From Chthoniobacteraceae bacterium (GTDB lineage Bacteria; Verrucomicrobiota; Verrucomicrobiia; Chthoniobacterales; Chthoniobacteraceae): DNA of 25,811 bases. Position numbers and translations under genes: made by a program. Positions within the stretch are counted from its first letter, which is position 1. Each line of letters starts with the position of its first letter. The stretch is taken from positions 1 through 25,811 of the forward strand of contig JBEBGD010000080.1 of the NCBI GenBank assembly GCA_040081625.1. Direction: 5' to 3'. This document shows, one piece after another, positions 24,409 through 25,811 of the stretch. The notes below the pieces were generated by a model that was not told the origin of the DNA, searched no databases, and saw only the letters and a list, made by a program, of their open reading frames with translations.

Positions 24409-25811
24409 GCCCGCGCATCGAACCCCTCGAGGCACGCATCGCGCCAGCCAGCCTGATCGACCCGCGCACCGTCACCTTCACCGACGCCGACGGCGACGAC
24501 GTAAAGATCGTTTTCAGCCGCAACGTCTTCCTCGGCACCGACACCGCGATGCTCGCGAAGGCAAACGAGGTCTTCAAGTTCAGCGCCGGCGACGTCGCGC
24601 ACGACACCACCACGCACCAGCAACTCCAGCTCATCGACCTCACGAGATTGTCGCCACTCGTCCGCGCCGGCGTCGGCATGACGATCACCGCCACCGCGAA
24701 GGACGGCGGCAATGGCTTCGCGGACATCGGCGCGATCAAGGCCGCAGGCGTCTCGCTCAGCACCATCGCGATCGACGGCGACGTCGGCCAGATCGACGCG
24801 GGCGGCTCGGGGCTGAAATTCGGCATCAAGAGCCTCGTCGTGAACTCGCTCGGCGTGCGCGGCATCGCCACGCAAATCCCGGTGCCCGTCCCGACGGCGG
24901 AAAATCCCGCGCCCGATCTCGTCAGCACGATCACCGGCGAACTCACGTCGCTCAAAGTCCTCGGCGACATCAAGGACGCACGCCTGCGCGTTGTCGATGG
25001 GAGGGACACTGGCGGCAATATCACGACCGCCGCGAAGCTCGGCATCGTCACCATCGGCGGCTCGCTCATCGGCGGCATCGCGGCAGAAGTCGCGAGCGAC
25101 GACACCGGCGTGATCGAATGCGACCGCGGCATCGGCGCGATCAAGATCGGTTCCCTCCCCACCGACGGCATCGTGGGCGGCGGCGGAAGCAACTCCGGGC
25201 GCATCACCTCCGGCGGCGCGATCGCGAGCCTCACCATCACCGGCAGCATCGCCGGCGGAGCCGGCGCGAGCAGCGGCTTCGTCTCCTCCTTCGGCAATCT
25301 CGGCGCGGTGAACATCGGCAACGACCTCGCCGGCGGCGCGGGCGAAGACTCCGGCTTCCTGCGCGGATTCGGCGCGATCAGTTCGCTGACCATCGGCGAT
25401 GACATCCTCGCCGGCACCGGCGCCGGCAGCGGCAGCGTGCGCACACTCGGCGCGATCACGAAGCTGCTCGTGAAGGGCGACATCGACGCACGCATCGCGA
25501 ATGCCGGCCCCGACTCCGCCTCCCTTTTTTCAAACGGTCTCCCGCTCGCCACCGTCAACGGCAGCATCTTCGGCGGCGCGGGCGCGGGCTCCGGCGTGAT
25601 CGCGAGCGGGCGCGACGTCGGCGCCGTCACGCTCGCCACGCTCACGACGCCGACGTTCATCACCGGCATCACGCTCCTCGGCAGCGTGAATGGCGGCGCG
25701 GGCGACGGCTCCGGCGCGATCCTCGCCGACGGCTCGGTGAAGCTCGCGAAAATCAAGGGCAGCCTCATCGGCGACCAGGGCCGCGAGAGCGGCGTGCTGC
25801 GGCTCGCGGGC
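24405..25811 (+). CDS. LExR-motif (LEARIAPA) Gly-rich beta-solenoid-like surface protein, >=469 aa, 3' end outside window
   Basis: ATG overlaps the upstream TGA (ATGA, 24405-24408). Translation MSPRIEPLEARIAPASLIDPRTVTFTDADGDDVKIVFS... stays open to the window end, with recurring G(S/D)(I/L)xGGxGxxSGx(I/V) units. Confidence 0.9.
   Translation, partial: MSPRIEPLEARIAPASLIDPRTVTFTDADGDDVKIVFSRNVFLGTDTAMLAKANEVFKFSAGDVAHDTTTHQQLQLIDLTRLSPLVRAGVGMTITATAKDGGNGFADIGAIKAAGVSLSTIAIDGDVGQIDAGGSGLKFGIKSLVVNSLGVRGIATQIPVPVPTAENPAPDLVSTITGELTSLKVLGDIKDARLRVVDGRDTGGNITTAAKLGIVTIGGSLIGGIAAEVASDDTGVIECDRGIGAIKIGSLPTDGIVGGGGSNSGRITSGGAIASLTITGSIAGGAGASSGFVSSFGNLGAVNIGNDLAGGAGEDSGFLRGFGAISSLTIGDDILAGTGAGSGSVRTLGAITKLLVKGDIDARIANAGPDSASLFSNGLPLATVNGSIFGGAGAGSGVIASGRDVGAVTLATLTTPTFITGITLLGSVNGGAGDGSGAILADGSVKLAKIKGSLIGDQGRESGVLRLAG
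25045..25811 (+). repeat. ~23-aa Gly-rich repeats in the terminal CDS
   Basis: GIVGGGGSNSGRITSGGAIASLTIT / GSIAGGAGASSGFVSSFGNLGAVNIG / NDLAGGAGEDSGFLRGFGAISSLTIG / DDILAGTGAGSGSVRTLGAITKLLVK / GSIFGGAGAGSGVIAS / GSVNGGAGDGSGAILADG / GSLIGDQGRESGVL. Confidence 0.8.

Noticed and set aside
22144..25768. Minus-strand ORFs 22144..24204 and 24383..25768
   Set aside because: Antisense shadows of the cyclophilin/Ig gene and the LEARIAPA gene.

Overview
High-GC bacterial window, probably PVC superphylum. Verrucomicrobiota (Chthoniobacterales-like) is inferred from the LEPRVLL/LEARIAPA N-terminal motifs and the A/C-rich leaders lacking a Shine-Dalgarno site. The left half (<1..12387, minus strand) is one uninterrupted reading frame of more than 4100 codons, absent from the ORF track because its stop lies outside the window. 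It encodes a giant LEPR-XLL surface protein built from about 30 diverged ~120-aa beta-rich modules. It is the last visible gene of a co-oriented minus-strand run: small ORF, Amidase_2, GH73+Amidase_3 fusion, signal-peptide CYTH protein, C-terminally shortened accessory SecA, giant protein. The middle holds an atypical NarL/LuxR regulator, an orphan ABC-2 permease, a secreted unknown, an EamA/DMT transporter and a stand-alone receiver protein. The right end has a large exported cyclophilin/Ig-like protein whose stop overlaps (ATGA) the start of a second LExR-motif Gly-rich repeat protein (24405..>25811, also missing from the ORF track). The best candidate system is a dedicated accessory-SecA export locus for LExR-motif giant proteins, here linked to cell-wall hydrolases. 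No rRNA, tRNA, CRISPR array or mobile element was seen.
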